Source: Prochlorococcus marinus str. NATL2A | GTDB lineage: Bacteria > Cyanobacteriota > Cyanobacteriia > PCC-6307 > Cyanobiaceae | Direction of reading: 5' to 3' | NCBI RefSeq assembly: GCF_000012465.1 | Contig: NC_007335.2 | Coordinates: 1 to 32,000 of the forward strand | Length of the DNA: 32,000 nt | In this document: positions 1 through 10,619 of the stretch, in pieces | Position numbering within the stretch: the stretch's first letter is position 1 | Layout of the letters: each line of letters opens with the position of its first letter | The notes under the pieces: generated by a model | Seen by the model: the letters and a program-made list of their open reading frames with translations, nothing else | Database searches by the model: none | Told to the model about the DNA's origin: nothing | Program-made: the position numbers and the translations under genes

Positions 1-188
1 TAATAGATGGATACTATGTTTTTTGGATTACCCACAGAAACCACAGGTACTACTACTACTAATTCAATTTGATATAAGAAATAAAGAAGTTGAATAGAAG
101 TAAAAAGTTTTGTTTTTTTTAACGGTATTGCTTTTTGGAAATAGCTATGAAATTCTTATATCAAAGGATTTTTATTTGAAATAACAGG
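1..188. promoter_or_regulatory. Non-coding region upstream of dnaN; possible edge of the replication origin and/or the dnaN promoter region
   Basis: There is no long ORF and the region is AT-rich. One DnaA-box-like 9-mer, TTACCCACA, lies at 28-36 (one mismatch to TTATCCACA), followed by a second CCACA core at 41-45. In picocyanobacteria oriC is usually placed next to dnaN. Only one near-consensus box is visible, so support is weak. Confidence 0.25.
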
Positions 189-1349
189 ATGAAATTAAGT
201 TGTTCTCAGTCTGAATTAAATAATGCTCTTCAATTGGTTAGTAGAGCTGTTTCTAATCGACCGACTCACCCTGTATTGGCTAATGTTTTGCTCGCTGCTG
301 ATGAGGTCACTGGAAAACTTCGTCTGACTGGTTTTGATTTAAGTTTAGGAATACAAACTTCAATATCTGCTTCTATAGACAGCAGTGGTGCTATAACTTT
401 GCCTGCTAAGTTGTTTGGTGAAATTGTTTCGAAATTATCTAACGACTCACCTTTAGTTCTGACGTCAGATGAAACTAGTCAACAAGTCGAGTTAACTAGT
501 AAAAGTGGAACGTATCAAGTAAGAGGTATGCTGTCTGATGATTTTCCTGAGTTACCTTTAGTAGAAAATGGTACTTCATTTAAATTGAATCCATTATTAT
601 TATCTAATGCAATTAAATCAACTTTATTTGCAAGTAGTACAGATGATGCTAAGCAATTACTTACTGGTGTTAATCTTACCTTTGACGGATATGGTATTGA
701 ATCTGCAGCTACCGATGGACATAGATTAGCTGTCCTTAATTTAAATAATATTTTATCCGATTCAAAAGAGATAGATAGTTCTATTAAATTCGAAAAATTT
801 TCTATTACATTACCTTCCAAATCTTTAAGAGAAGTAGAAAAATTTTTAAGCACTTGTGATATTAGTCATCCAATTAATTTTTTTATTGATAAAGGACAAG
901 TAGTTTTTATATCTGTTGAAGATATTATAACTATAAGAGCTTTAGAAGGTTCTTATCCAAATTATTCGCAATTATTACCTGATACTTTTGAAAACGAATT
1001 AGAATTTGATCGGAAAGAATTTATATCTTCATTAGAAAGAATTGCTGTTTTAGCAGATCAGCATAATAATGTTATAAAGGTAACGACTGACGGCTCTGCT
1101 AATTTAATCAAAATAAGTACAGATGCCCAAGATATTGGAACAGGTTATGAGTCACTACCTGTTTCTTATAAAGGGGATTCTTTTCAAATAGCATTTAATG
1201 TTAGATATTTATTAGATGGGCTCAAAGTCATAGATTCAAACCTGATTAAATTAAGTTGTAATTCTCCTACTACACCTGCAATTTTCTCACCTATTAATAG
1301 TGACGTTAATTTCACTTATCTAGTAATGCCTATACAAATACGAAATTAA
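189..1349 (+). CDS. dnaN: DNA polymerase III beta sliding clamp
   Basis: The 386-aa ORF has the typical DnaN N-terminus (MKLSCSQSELNNALQLVSRAV...RPTHPVLANVLL) and length, a three-domain-like layout, and the C-terminal MPI..R ending typical of clamps. Confidence 0.95.
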   Translation: MKLSCSQSELNNALQLVSRAVSNRPTHPVLANVLLAADEVTGKLRLTGFDLSLGIQTSISASIDSSGAITLPAKLFGEIVSKLSNDSPLVLTSDETSQQVELTSKSGTYQVRGMLSDDFPELPLVENGTSFKLNPLLLSNAIKSTLFASSTDDAKQLLTGVNLTFDGYGIESAATDGHRLAVLNLNNILSDSKEIDSSIKFEKFSITLPSKSLREVEKFLSTCDISHPINFFIDKGQVVFISVEDIITIRALEGSYPNYSQLLPDTFENELEFDRKEFISSLERIAVLADQHNNVIKVTTDGSANLIKISTDAQDIGTGYESLPVSYKGDSFQIAFNVRYLLDGLKVIDSNLIKLSCNSPTTPAIFSPINSDVNFTYLVMPIQIRN

Positions 1350-1351
1350 TT

Positions 1352-2122
1352 TTGACTGTCCCTAAAAAATTATTACTTAGTGATTTATTAAAACATAATG
1401 TTCGTTGTGAAAATGGAATTGATCACGGTCCAGTTATTACTCCATGGATGCATCCACCTGTCCATAGAATATTAGGATTTATATCTCGTCCCTCTAACTT
1501 GAGACTTGAAAGAGAGGTATGGAGGTTAGATCAACTAAAAGGAATAAATCAACAAGAAGTTTACGTAAAAGGTGTTTGTTCAGTTTCTGATGAACAAACT
1601 TTAGATCGTTTCCCTACCTTAATGAATGCAAATGTTTTTAATAAAAGTGGTCAAAAAATAGGTTTAATAGCTGATTTTCTTTTTGAGCCAAAAAAAGGAA
1701 ATATACAATATTATTTAGTTAGTAGATCTAATCCATTAATTCCAGGAACTAGTAGGTGGCTTTTATCCATTGATCAAATTATTGATAAACAGCCAGGTTC
1801 TATCTCTTGCGATATTGAAACATTTGAAGATCTACCAATACAGAAAGCTAGTTTAAAAGAAGAATTTCTTAGTAAGAGTAGAAAATGGAAAGCTCAATTT
1901 CAAGATTTAACTTACAATGCTTCCGATAAGCTTGAGGGGTGGATCGATGATCAAATTAGTGAAAGTGATAATGATTCTTATGAAATGCTGAATGACGATC
2001 CTTCATATGATGACTGGATAGACAATTTAGATATAGATAGTTCTGAGGAATTTAATAGAATGAATAAATCTAAGAAAAATACAAATTCTACTAATGAAAG
2101 AGATCTTGATCCTTGGATTTAA
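1352..2122 (+). CDS. Conserved hypothetical protein with two PRC-barrel-like modules and an acidic C-terminal tail
   Basis: This 256-aa ORF starts at a TTG 2 nt after the dnaN stop and ends 3 nt before the purL ATG. Two segments resemble PRC barrels (LLSDLLKHNVRCENGIDHGPVIT... and LMNANVFNKSGQKIGLIADFLFEPKKGNIQYYLV). The next in-frame ATG, at residue 33, would truncate the first barrel, so the TTG start is favoured. Confidence 0.7.
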   Translation: MTVPKKLLLSDLLKHNVRCENGIDHGPVITPWMHPPVHRILGFISRPSNLRLEREVWRLDQLKGINQQEVYVKGVCSVSDEQTLDRFPTLMNANVFNKSGQKIGLIADFLFEPKKGNIQYYLVSRSNPLIPGTSRWLLSIDQIIDKQPGSISCDIETFEDLPIQKASLKEEFLSKSRKWKAQFQDLTYNASDKLEGWIDDQISESDNDSYEMLNDDPSYDDWIDNLDIDSSEEFNRMNKSKKNTNSTNERDLDPWI

Positions 2123-2125
2123 TAA

Positions 2126-4537
2126 ATGACAGTATCTTTTGAAAATAAAGATTTTAACCAGTTCATTAATTCATCAAAATTTCTTGTTGAATATGATGTT
2201 ACGTCCGCTCTTGAGCAAGAAGGGTTAAAACAATCTGATTATGCAGAAATTTGTAGAAGACTTAATCGGGCTCCAAACAGAAATGAATTAGGAATGTTTG
2301 GTGTTATGTGGTCTGAACATTGTTGCTATCGAAACTCTCGTCCTTTACTTAAAAACTTTCCTACAACAGGTAGTCGAATCCTTGTAGGTCCTGGAGAAAA
2401 TGCAGGCGTAGTTGATATTGGTTTTGGTCAAAGATTAGTGTTTAAAATTGAAAGTCATAACCATCCATCAGCTGTCGAGCCTTTTCAAGGAGCAGCAACT
2501 GGTGTAGGTGGAATTCTTAGAGATATTTTTACTATGGGAGCTAGGCCAATAGCCTTATTGAATGCTTTAAGGTTTGGTCCATTAGATGATGAAAAAAATA
2601 TTAGTTTATTAGAAGGTGTAGTTGCAGGTATTTCTCACTATGGAAATTGTGTAGGAGTTCCTACTATTGGAGGAGAAGTGGGATTTGATAGTAGTTATTC
2701 AGGTAACCCTTTAGTTAATGCAATGGCGTTGGGTTTGATGGAAACAGAAGAAATAGTTTGTTCAGGTGCTAGTGGAATAGGTTTTCCAGTTCTTTACGTA
2801 GGAAATACAACTGGTAGAGATGGTATGGGAGGAGCAAGCTTTGCTAGTTCTGAACTTTCTAAAACGTCAATAGATGATCGACCAGCCGTTCAAGTTGGTG
2901 ATCCTTTTCTTGAAAAAGGATTAATAGAAGCTTGTTTAGAGGCTTTTAAAACAGGATATGTAATTGCTGCACAGGATATGGGAGCGGCGGGGTTGACTTG
3001 TAGTTGTTCTGAAATGGCGTCAAAAGGTGAGGTAGGAATTGAATTGAATCTTGACCTTGTTCCAGCTAGGGAAAAGGGCATGACTGCATATGAGTTTTTG
3101 TTATCTGAATCGCAAGAACGAATGCTTTTTGTTGTGAAACCTGGTTCAGAAGAAGAATTGAGAGAATTATTTATAAGATGGGGATTATATGTTGAAGTTG
3201 TTGGAAAAGTTTTAAAAGAAAAAGTTGTTAGAGTGATTCATAAAGGTGAAGTTGTAGCAAATCTGCCCGCATCTGCGCTTGCTGATGATACGCCTATTGA
3301 AGAACATTTATTAATAAATTCAACACCTGAATATTTGCAAGAACATTGGAAATGGACTGAAGATTTATTACCTAAAACTTTAGATGATGGAATTATTAAT
3401 ATAAAAAATAATTTATTTATTAGTTGGAATAATGTTCTATTAGAGTTATTAAGTATACCTTCAATAGCTTCAAAAAATTGGATTTATAAACAATATGATT
3501 TTCAAGTACAATCTAATACAGTTGTTTCTCCTGGAGAAGCTGATGCTGCTGTTATTAGGATTCGATCTCAAAATGACTTTTCAACTAAGCCAAAGAAAGA
3601 TAGAGGAATAGCTTCAGTCGTAGATTGTAATGATAGATGGGTTTATTTAGATCCTCAAAGAGGAAGTATGTCTGCTGTTGCAGAAGCCGCTAGGAATTTA
3701 AGTGCTGTGGGAGCTGAACCTATAGCAATTACAAATAATTTAAATTTTTCTTCTCCAGACAAAGCAGTTGGTTTTTGGCAATTATCAATGTCATGTGAAG
3801 GTATAACTAAAGCTTGTTTAGCATTGAATACTCCAGTTACAGGAGGAAATGTGTCATTATATAATGATACTAAATTGCCAAATAATACCGTTATACCTAT
3901 ACATCCAACGCCAGTAATTGGTATGGTTGGATTAATAGAGGATATTAATAAAATTTGTAAAAAATCTTGGGTTAAAGCTGAAGATCAAATATGGATGATT
4001 GGATTACCTTTGGAAAATAATATAAATCAAGATGAAAGAATTTCACTATCTGCTTCTTCTTTTTTAGAGTATATTCATGGATTGAAAACAGGTAGACCTC
4101 CAGAAATAGACTTAAATTTAGAAAAACAAGTTCATGCATTTTTAAGAGAAGTAATAAAACAAGGTATTGTTAACTCTGCTCATGATTTAGGTGATGGTGG
4201 TCTGACAGTTGCCATAGCTGACTGTTGTATCTCTTCTGGCTATGGAGCAAATATTATTCTCCCTCCTAGCCAATCAAGGTTAGATAGACTCTTATTTGCT
4301 GAAGGAGGTGCAAGAGTTTTAGTGAGCTGTTCAACTGATCAAAGCGTAGAATTAAAGAAATATTATAAAAATATTTCCTTACAAGGATCTATTCTTTTTT
4401 CAATATCTCATTTAGGTAATGTAAATAATCAAAAAAAACTATTAGTGTCTCAATCTAATAATACAATTATAGATGTTAATATTCTAGACTTGAAAGATAC
4501 ATATAAAGATGCCATCCATAAAAAAATAACTAAATAA
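2126..4537 (+). CDS. purL: Phosphoribosylformylglycinamidine (FGAM) synthase subunit II
   Basis: The 803-aa ORF carries PurL hallmarks: [52 protein letters not shown] and DMGAAGL. Confidence 0.95.
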   Translation: MTVSFENKDFNQFINSSKFLVEYDVTSALEQEGLKQSDYAEICRRLNRAPNRNELGMFGVMWSEHCCYRNSRPLLKNFPTTGSRILVGPGENAGVVDIGFGQRLVFKIESHNHPSAVEPFQGAATGVGGILRDIFTMGARPIALLNALRFGPLDDEKNISLLEGVVAGISHYGNCVGVPTIGGEVGFDSSYSGNPLVNAMALGLMETEEIVCSGASGIGFPVLYVGNTTGRDGMGGASFASSELSKTSIDDRPAVQVGDPFLEKGLIEACLEAFKTGYVIAAQDMGAAGLTCSCSEMASKGEVGIELNLDLVPAREKGMTAYEFLLSESQERMLFVVKPGSEEELRELFIRWGLYVEVVGKVLKEKVVRVIHKGEVVANLPASALADDTPIEEHLLINSTPEYLQEHWKWTEDLLPKTLDDGIINIKNNLFISWNNVLLELLSIPSIASKNWIYKQYDFQVQSNTVVSPGEADAAVIRIRSQNDFSTKPKKDRGIASVVDCNDRWVYLDPQRGSMSAVAEAARNLSAVGAEPIAITNNLNFSSPDKAVGFWQLSMSCEGITKACLALNTPVTGGNVSLYNDTKLPNNTVIPIHPTPVIGMVGLIEDINKICKKSWVKAEDQIWMIGLPLENNINQDERISLSASSFLEYIHGLKTGRPPEIDLNLEKQVHAFLREVIKQGIVNSAHDLGDGGLTVAIADCCISSGYGANIILPPSQSRLDRLLFAEGGARVLVSCSTDQSVELKKYYKNISLQGSILFSISHLGNVNNQKKLLVSQSNNTIIDVNILDLKDTYKDAIHKKITK

Positions 4538-4598
4538 AATCATTTATGATTTATAATTTTAAAACTACATTTATTTTACTTAACCTAGGAATATAATT

Positions 4599-6056
4599 AT
4601 GTGTGGAATAGTAGGTGTTGTTTCAACTGATCAATGTAATCAACAAATTTACGATAGTTTGCTATTGCTTCAGCATAGAGGTCAAGATTCCACTGGTATA
4701 GCAACAATGGATGGCAGTGTTTTTCATATTAATAAATCTAAAGGTCAAGTTCGAGAAGCTTATAGAACTAGAGACATGAGAGCTTTGATCGGAAGATCAG
4801 GATTAGGACATGTACGTTATGCAACTAAAGGTGCTGCTCATAGAGAAGAAGAAGCACAACCTTTCTATGTCAATGCTCCTTACGGAATTATTCTTGTTCA
4901 TAATGGAAACTTAACAAATACAAGAGAGCTAGAAAAAGAACTTTTTAAAGTTGATAAAAGACATACAAATACATCAAGCGATACTGAAATGTTATTAAAT
5001 GTTTTGGCAACAGAATTAAATAGTGAAGTAAAAGGAAAAGATGTAGATCCAGATGATCTTTTTAATGCTGTTAAAAGACTTCACTCTAGAGTAGAAGGAT
5101 CCTATGCTTCAATCGCTTTAATAGCAGGTCATGGTCTTTTAGCGTTTAGAGATCCTTTTGGAATTCGCCCTTTGGTTATTGGTAAAAGGGTAAAAGAAAA
5201 TAACAAACCTGAGTGGGTAATCGCTAGTGAATCGCTAGTTATTGAAAATAATGATTATGTAATTGTTAGAGATGTTGAACCAGGTGAGGCGATATTTATA
5301 ACTTCAAATGGTGAGTTTTTTTCTAAACAATGCTCAGATAATCCTCAATTATTCCCCTGTTCATTTGAATATGTTTATTTAGCAAGACCTGACTCAATAA
5401 TGAATGGTATTTCTGTTTATGAGTCAAGGTTAAGAATGGGGGATTTATTAGCAGAAACTATAAAAAAACAAATATCTCTTGGTGATATAGATGTCGTAAT
5501 GCCAATTCCTGATTCTTCTAGACCTGCTGCAATGCAGGTAGCAAGACAGTTAGGTATTGAATATAGGGAGGGTTTTTTCAAAAATCGTTATGTTGGTAGA
5601 ACATTTATAATGCCTGGTCAATCTCTAAGAAAACGTTCAGTGCGTCAGAAATTAAACGCAATGAGTACTGAATTTAAAAATAAAAATGTATTGATAGTTG
5701 ATGATTCAGTGGTTAGAGGAACGACATCTCAGCAAATAGTTCAAATGGCAAGAAGTGCAGGGGCTAATAAAGTTACTTTTACATCTGCTGCTCCACCAAT
5801 AAGATATCCACATGTTTATGGAATTAATATGCCAAGTAGAAATGAATTGATTGCGTATAATAGAGATATAAATCAAATAGAAAATAATTTATTTATTGAT
5901 AAAATGATTTATCAAGAGGTAAATGATCTTACTCAGGCTATTACGCAAAATTCTAAAATTAAGGAATTAGATTTATCATGCTTTACAGGGAAATATATTA
6001 CAGGAACAGTCACTGATGAATATTTAACTTGGGTTGAAGAAACATCTTTGTCTTAA
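4599..6056 (+). CDS. purF: Amidophosphoribosyltransferase (glutamine PRPP amidotransferase)
   Basis: The N-terminal MCGIVG provides the Ntn-hydrolase Cys. Also present are [12 protein letters not shown] and the PRTase motif [14 protein letters not shown]. Length is 485 aa. Confidence 0.95.
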   Translation: MCGIVGVVSTDQCNQQIYDSLLLLQHRGQDSTGIATMDGSVFHINKSKGQVREAYRTRDMRALIGRSGLGHVRYATKGAAHREEEAQPFYVNAPYGIILVHNGNLTNTRELEKELFKVDKRHTNTSSDTEMLLNVLATELNSEVKGKDVDPDDLFNAVKRLHSRVEGSYASIALIAGHGLLAFRDPFGIRPLVIGKRVKENNKPEWVIASESLVIENNDYVIVRDVEPGEAIFITSNGEFFSKQCSDNPQLFPCSFEYVYLARPDSIMNGISVYESRLRMGDLLAETIKKQISLGDIDVVMPIPDSSRPAAMQVARQLGIEYREGFFKNRYVGRTFIMPGQSLRKRSVRQKLNAMSTEFKNKNVLIVDDSVVRGTTSQQIVQMARSAGANKVTFTSAAPPIRYPHVYGINMPSRNELIAYNRDINQIENNLFIDKMIYQEVNDLTQAITQNSKIKELDLSCFTGKYITGTVTDEYLTWVEETSLS

Positions 6057-8536
6057 TTTTTATCTGGTACTTTCATTGAAAAAGTAGATTTTAAAAACTC
6101 ATCATTTTTTAAGTCTATATTTAATTTGTTCTCTTTTCTATATGAACTATTATCAATTTGATCGGTTTTTAATCTTTGATATCTATCCTTATCAGTTTTA
6201 ACATAAACATGTTTATTATTTATAAAACAATCAATTACTCTTTCTTTAATTGTTTTATTATCTTTAAAATGTATTCCCATTGTTCCTAATGCTCCTTTTT
6301 TGGATATAGTTATTTCTTTTGTAGAATGTTTTACAAAAAAACCTTTGTTAGTAATTAAAATTAAATCTTTATTTTTCTTTTCTTGAAAACTTAAAGCTTC
6401 AACTATATTTTCATTAGGGAATAATTTTATTATATTTGTTCCTTGAGCTAATTTCCCCATAAAAGGGAAATCATTTTCTGTTATTTTAATTTTAATAATT
6501 CTGCCAATATCACTCACTATATACAAATAGCTATTCTCTTTACAAAGAATGCAAGATTTAAGCTTTACACTGTCTTTTAATTTTAAAATCGTTGTTGATC
6601 TATTAGAAATATCGCTAATCTCATTAATTGAAATTCTTTTAAACTTTCCATCAGTACTTATTAATCCTATACTTATATCTCTTATTTCTGTTAGTGGAAT
6701 AAGATTAATTATTTTATCATTTTCTAATCCTGCTGGTAAAAATTGTTTTAAAGGGCCAGGTTTTTGTCCTGCAAATTCCCACTTAAGAAGACCTATCTTA
6801 CCTTCTTGACTGACGGCTAATATCTTTGGTTCATTTTTAATTGGCCATATTAGCTTTGCAGGTAGAATATCTTTTCTTTCTTGATTAATTTCTTTCAGTT
6901 TTAATTTTTTTATTGTTAGTGAAGGAATTATCTTTATTTCATTATTTGATTGAATAATTATTTCAGAATCTTTTGATAATTCTTTTAATGCATTTATTCT
7001 CTGAAGTTCTTTATTTGGTCTTTGATTTGCCATTTTTTCAGCAATAAGAGCATCTCCACCTTCTATTAATTTTGTTCTTCTTTTACTACCAAATCTTTTT
7101 TTAAGATCTTTTAGTTCTTTAACCATAACTTTCATTAAATTTTCTTTGTCGTTAATTATTAATTCGAGTTCTGCTCTTTTAGTTTTTAAATCCTTTAGCT
7201 CATTCTTTAGAGAATCTTTTTCAAGACCTGTGATTTTCTTTAAAGGCATACCCAGAATCCCATCTGCTTGCCTTTCATTAATCTTTAAGCTAATAATTAA
7301 ATTACTTTTAGCTTCAGGTGTATCTTTAGATTTTTCAATTAAATCAATTACTTTTTTAACATTATTTGTTGCTTGGATTAGAGCGTCAACTATCTCTTCT
7401 CTATTTTTAATATTTTTTAGTAAATAATTACTTCTTAGTAAAATAGTATTTTCTCTAAACTCTAAAAAATTATTTAATAATTTTTTTAACGTAAGTTGTA
7501 CTGGTTGGCCATTAACTAATGCAAGTAAAATGGCACCAAAATTGCTTTGTAGAGAAGTTTTTTGATATAAAAAATCTAGAATTTTTTTTGGATCAGAATC
7601 TCTTTTAACTTCAACAAGAATTCGCATTCCATCTCGATCGCTTTCATCTCTAATATCAGCTATCCCCGAAATTTTTCCATTATTTACAAGGTCAGCTAAT
7701 TTTTCAATCCAGCTAGCTTTGTTTAATTGATATGGTAGTTCTGAAATAATAATCCCACTTCTTTTGTGTTTACCTTTTCCAGGATTAATTTCTTCAATGC
7801 GAGCTATACCTCTCATGGTTATGCTTCCTCTCCCTTTTGTGTAAGTTTCTTTTATTCCGTTACTAACTAATATCTCTCCTCCCGTTGGAAAGTCTGGTCC
7901 AGGTATTATTTCTAATAATTTTTCTTCGTTTAGTGAAGGTTTTTTTATTATTGCAATTAAAGCCTCTACCACTTCGTTCAAATTGTGTGGAGGAATACTT
8001 GTAGCCATTCCAACGGCAATTCCTGTACTTCCATTTAAGATGAGGAAAGGTAATTGAGCTGGTAAAACATCTGGTTCTTGTTGTGATCCATCAAAATTTG
8101 GTGAAAAATCAACAGTTTCTTGATCTATTTCACTTAAAATTGCATCGTTAGATATTGGGGCTAGCCTAGTTTCTGTATATCTCATTGCAGCAGGAGGATC
8201 ATCATCAATAGATCCAAAGTTTCCGTGACCATCAAGAATTGGGTATCTTGAATTAAACACTTGAACTTGTCTTACAAGTGCGTCGTAGACAGCTTGATCT
8301 CCATGTGGATGATATTTGCCAAGAACATCTCCTACAACACGAGCACATTTTCTGTAAGGCCTTTCGGGCGTAAGTCCTAATTCATGCATTGCAAAAAGAA
8401 TTCTTCTTTGCACTGGCTTCAATCCATCTCTCGCGTCTGGCAATGCTCTCCCAACGATTACGCTCATTGCGTACTCGAGATAAGAACGCTGCATTTCCTG
8501 ATGCAACGATATGGGTTTCAGGCGTTCCTTGGCCAT
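6053..8536 (-). CDS. Type IIA topoisomerase subunit A (GyrA/ParC family paralogue)
   Basis: The 827-aa ORF has the N-terminal motifs [33 protein letters not shown] and YHPHGD, and the catalytic Tyr context [10 protein letters not shown]. The C-terminal half is Lys/Ile/Asn-rich with beta-pinwheel-like blades. I could not find a QRRGGKG GyrA box. Confidence 0.9.
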   Translation of the reverse strand: MAKERLKPISLHQEMQRSYLEYAMSVIVGRALPDARDGLKPVQRRILFAMHELGLTPERPYRKCARVVGDVLGKYHPHGDQAVYDALVRQVQVFNSRYPILDGHGNFGSIDDDPPAAMRYTETRLAPISNDAILSEIDQETVDFSPNFDGSQQEPDVLPAQLPFLILNGSTGIAVGMATSIPPHNLNEVVEALIAIIKKPSLNEEKLLEIIPGPDFPTGGEILVSNGIKETYTKGRGSITMRGIARIEEINPGKGKHKRSGIIISELPYQLNKASWIEKLADLVNNGKISGIADIRDESDRDGMRILVEVKRDSDPKKILDFLYQKTSLQSNFGAILLALVNGQPVQLTLKKLLNNFLEFRENTILLRSNYLLKNIKNREEIVDALIQATNNVKKVIDLIEKSKDTPEAKSNLIISLKINERQADGILGMPLKKITGLEKDSLKNELKDLKTKRAELELIINDKENLMKVMVKELKDLKKRFGSKRRTKLIEGGDALIAEKMANQRPNKELQRINALKELSKDSEIIIQSNNEIKIIPSLTIKKLKLKEINQERKDILPAKLIWPIKNEPKILAVSQEGKIGLLKWEFAGQKPGPLKQFLPAGLENDKIINLIPLTEIRDISIGLISTDGKFKRISINEISDISNRSTTILKLKDSVKLKSCILCKENSYLYIVSDIGRIIKIKITENDFPFMGKLAQGTNIIKLFPNENIVEALSFQEKKNKDLILITNKGFFVKHSTKEITISKKGALGTMGIHFKDNKTIKERVIDCFINNKHVYVKTDKDRYQRLKTDQIDNSSYRKENKLNIDLKNDEFLKSTFSMKVPDKN

Positions 8537-8619
8537 CTTGGATTATGAAAGAGGCCTAAATTTCTTTGTTTAGGTTACTAACTAATTTGTTAAAAACCAG
8601 TTTTTTGTTAAACATTAAG

Positions 8620-9486
8620 TCATTCAGTTTTTTCTCTAGCTTCTCTAACTACTTTTTTCATTTCTTTCGTTTTAAAAAAAAGTTTTGCCGAGTGTTGTAA
8701 TTTTCTTCCCCACAATTGTTCAGATTGATACTCAATATCAGCATATTTTGGATTATCTATTAAAGCATTTTTTGCTATGTTTAATGTTTCAATAGAGATA
8801 CCTTTCATTGAATAGTTTGAAATTGCTAATGCAAGTCTAGGCTCAGCATTATTACTTAATTTTGCTGCTAATTTAAATTTTGAAACAGCTTCTTCTTTTT
8901 TGTTAATTTCATAAAGAATAAGACCTTTATTATTAATTACTTGCCAAAAATTAGGGTTTAATTTAGTGACTTTATTATAAGTAAGTAAGGCTTTTTTGTA
9001 TTCTTTTAGCATAATATATGCATTTCCAAGCTGGAAGTAGCCTGTTTCATTTTTATTATCTAATAATAATCCTTGATTAAGCATTAAAATTGCATTTTCA
9101 AGATTTTTTGAATTCATATATATAGAACCTTTGGCAAAATATATTGAGGCATTTTTCGGATTTATTGCTAAAACTTTATCCAATGATAATAATGCATTAT
9201 TACTATCTTTTAATTTAAATTGCGCGTCTGCAAGGGTTGTCCAAAGAGTTTCCTCTGTAGGATTTAGTTTTAATGCAAGCTTTAAAATTTTAATTGCTTC
9301 TTTATATTGACCAAATTGAATTAGCTGTATAGCTGTCTTTCCGATTTGCCTTGAAGTAGATTCAAATTCTTGTTGATTTGGTTCATTAATTCTTGGAAAA
9401 AATGCAATCGATGAATTAGGTACAAAAAAAGTTTTAATTAGACTTAGACCAAGGAAATATTTAAAAATTTTTGAAGTTTGCTTCAT
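8620..9486 (-). CDS. TPR-repeat protein with an N-terminal hydrophobic signal or anchor
   Basis: The 288-aa ORF has repeated 34-aa TPR-like units (e.g. YKEAIKILKLALKLNPTE, ALLSLDKVLAINPKN, ALLTYNKVTKLNPNF) and a hydrophobic N-terminus (FKYFLGLSLIKTFFV). Its start lies 5 nt downstream of the queG stop on the same strand. Confidence 0.8.
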   Translation of the reverse strand: MKQTSKIFKYFLGLSLIKTFFVPNSSIAFFPRINEPNQQEFESTSRQIGKTAIQLIQFGQYKEAIKILKLALKLNPTEETLWTTLADAQFKLKDSNNALLSLDKVLAINPKNASIYFAKGSIYMNSKNLENAILMLNQGLLLDNKNETGYFQLGNAYIMLKEYKKALLTYNKVTKLNPNFWQVINNKGLILYEINKKEEAVSKFKLAAKLSNNAEPRLALAISNYSMKGISIETLNIAKNALIDNPKYADIEYQSEQLWGRKLQHSAKLFFKTKEMKKVVREAREKTE

Positions 9487-9491
9487 TATTT

Positions 9492-10430
9492 TTATGTTTT
9501 CTTTGATATTGAATCTATATTCCTACGCCACATCCATGGCTTAATTCGTTTTAGTGCTGAATTTTTTAAACTTTCTTTCCATTTTGCATCATCCCATGAC
9601 AATAGATCTTGTTTAGTTGTATGTAATATCCATTCAGATGGCTGAAGATCTGGTTCAGTTGTGCTTGGAATATGTTTTTGGTTCCATGGACATACATCTT
9701 GGCAAATATCACAACCAGCAATCCAATTTCCCATTTTATTAATAATATTTTCTGGTAATTCTTGATCTCTATTTTCTAGGGTGTGATATGCCAAACACTT
9801 GTATGAGTTTACAATAAATGGTTCTTCTATTGCTTTAGTTGGGCATGCTTCAATACATTTTTCACATTCACCACATATTGGTTTGGAAGGTTTATCTGCT
9901 TCTAAAACTTCAGTAGATAAAAGATGACCTAAAAACATCCATGAACCAATTTCAGAGTTAATTACGTTACTGTGTTTTCCAATCCATCCAATACCAGCTT
10001 CTTCTGCCCATGCCTTATCCAAAAACGCACTTGTATCAACACATATTTTCCATTTAGCATTTGGCCTTTCTGTCTCTAAAAATTTAGCAACTTTTTTTAA
10101 TTTTTCTTCAATAATTTTGTGATAATCCTTTCCCCATCCATATCTGGCAATTGATATGTCTTTAGATTCTCTTTCAGTATCTACATAATAATTCAGTCCA
10201 ACAGCAAGAATACTTTTTACCCCTTGGAGCATGTTTTCTATATCTTTTCTTCTTGGGCTCTTCATCCATTCCATTGTTGCTTGATGGCCTGCTTGCAACC
10301 ATCTTTCTAATGAAGCGGTCCGAAGTTTAATTCTTGAAGATCCTGGAACTTTTGCAATTCCTACTGCATCAAAGCCTTCCTCAAAGGCTTTTTCTTTGAT
10401 TTTTTTTGTTAGATCAATAGAATTTCTCAA
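9492..10430 (-). CDS. queG: Epoxyqueuosine reductase (tRNA queuosine biosynthesis, 4Fe-4S protein)
   Basis: The 312-aa ORF has two ferredoxin-type Cys clusters (CGECEKCIEACP and CDICQDVCPWN) and a QueG-like N-terminal region (FDAVGIA..., GWIGKHSNVI). Confidence 0.88.
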   Translation of the reverse strand: MRNSIDLTKKIKEKAFEEGFDAVGIAKVPGSSRIKLRTASLERWLQAGHQATMEWMKSPRRKDIENMLQGVKSILAVGLNYYVDTERESKDISIARYGWGKDYHKIIEEKLKKVAKFLETERPNAKWKICVDTSAFLDKAWAEEAGIGWIGKHSNVINSEIGSWMFLGHLLSTEVLEADKPSKPICGECEKCIEACPTKAIEEPFIVNSYKCLAYHTLENRDQELPENIINKMGNWIAGCDICQDVCPWNQKHIPSTTEPDLQPSEWILHTTKQDLLSWDDAKWKESLKNSALKRIKPWMWRRNIDSISKKT

Positions 10431-10619
10431 GATTGGAGCAAGCTTTTCATGAATAATGTAGTGCCTTTAATTAAAAGGTTTTTCAGTCAATTCCGACCTT
10501 ATTAGGGGATCGAAATGCTTTCTTTTGATGTTTTATTTTTATTAATAGCTTAAATTATTCAATTTATGCACTTAATTTGGTTAGATTGAGTATATATATA
10601 TTTTTCGGACTCTCTTTAT

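Noticed and set aside
7-72. A 21-codon ORF (MDTMFFGLPTETTGTTTTNSI) that includes a (TAC)4 / ACT-repeat microsatellite at 48-59.
   Set aside because: It is too short, has no recognisable features, and lies in the presumed origin or promoter region. The Thr run merely reflects the trinucleotide repeat, and four copies are too few to call a meaningful microsatellite.
8555-8574. An inverted repeat, CCTAAA-N8-TTTAGG, between the TPR gene and the gyrA-like gene.
   Set aside because: The 6-bp AT-rich stem is not followed by a U-tract on the transcribed minus strand. It is indistinguishable from chance in this composition.
10464-10483. A small hairpin, CCTTT-aatta-AAAGG, followed by TTTTT in the queG/DUF502 divergent spacer. 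It could look like a terminator or the end of a small RNA.
   Set aside because: The stem is only 5 bp and AT-rich. No upstream plus-strand transcription unit exists for it to terminate. An 18-codon ORF overlapping it at 10449-10505 has no support.
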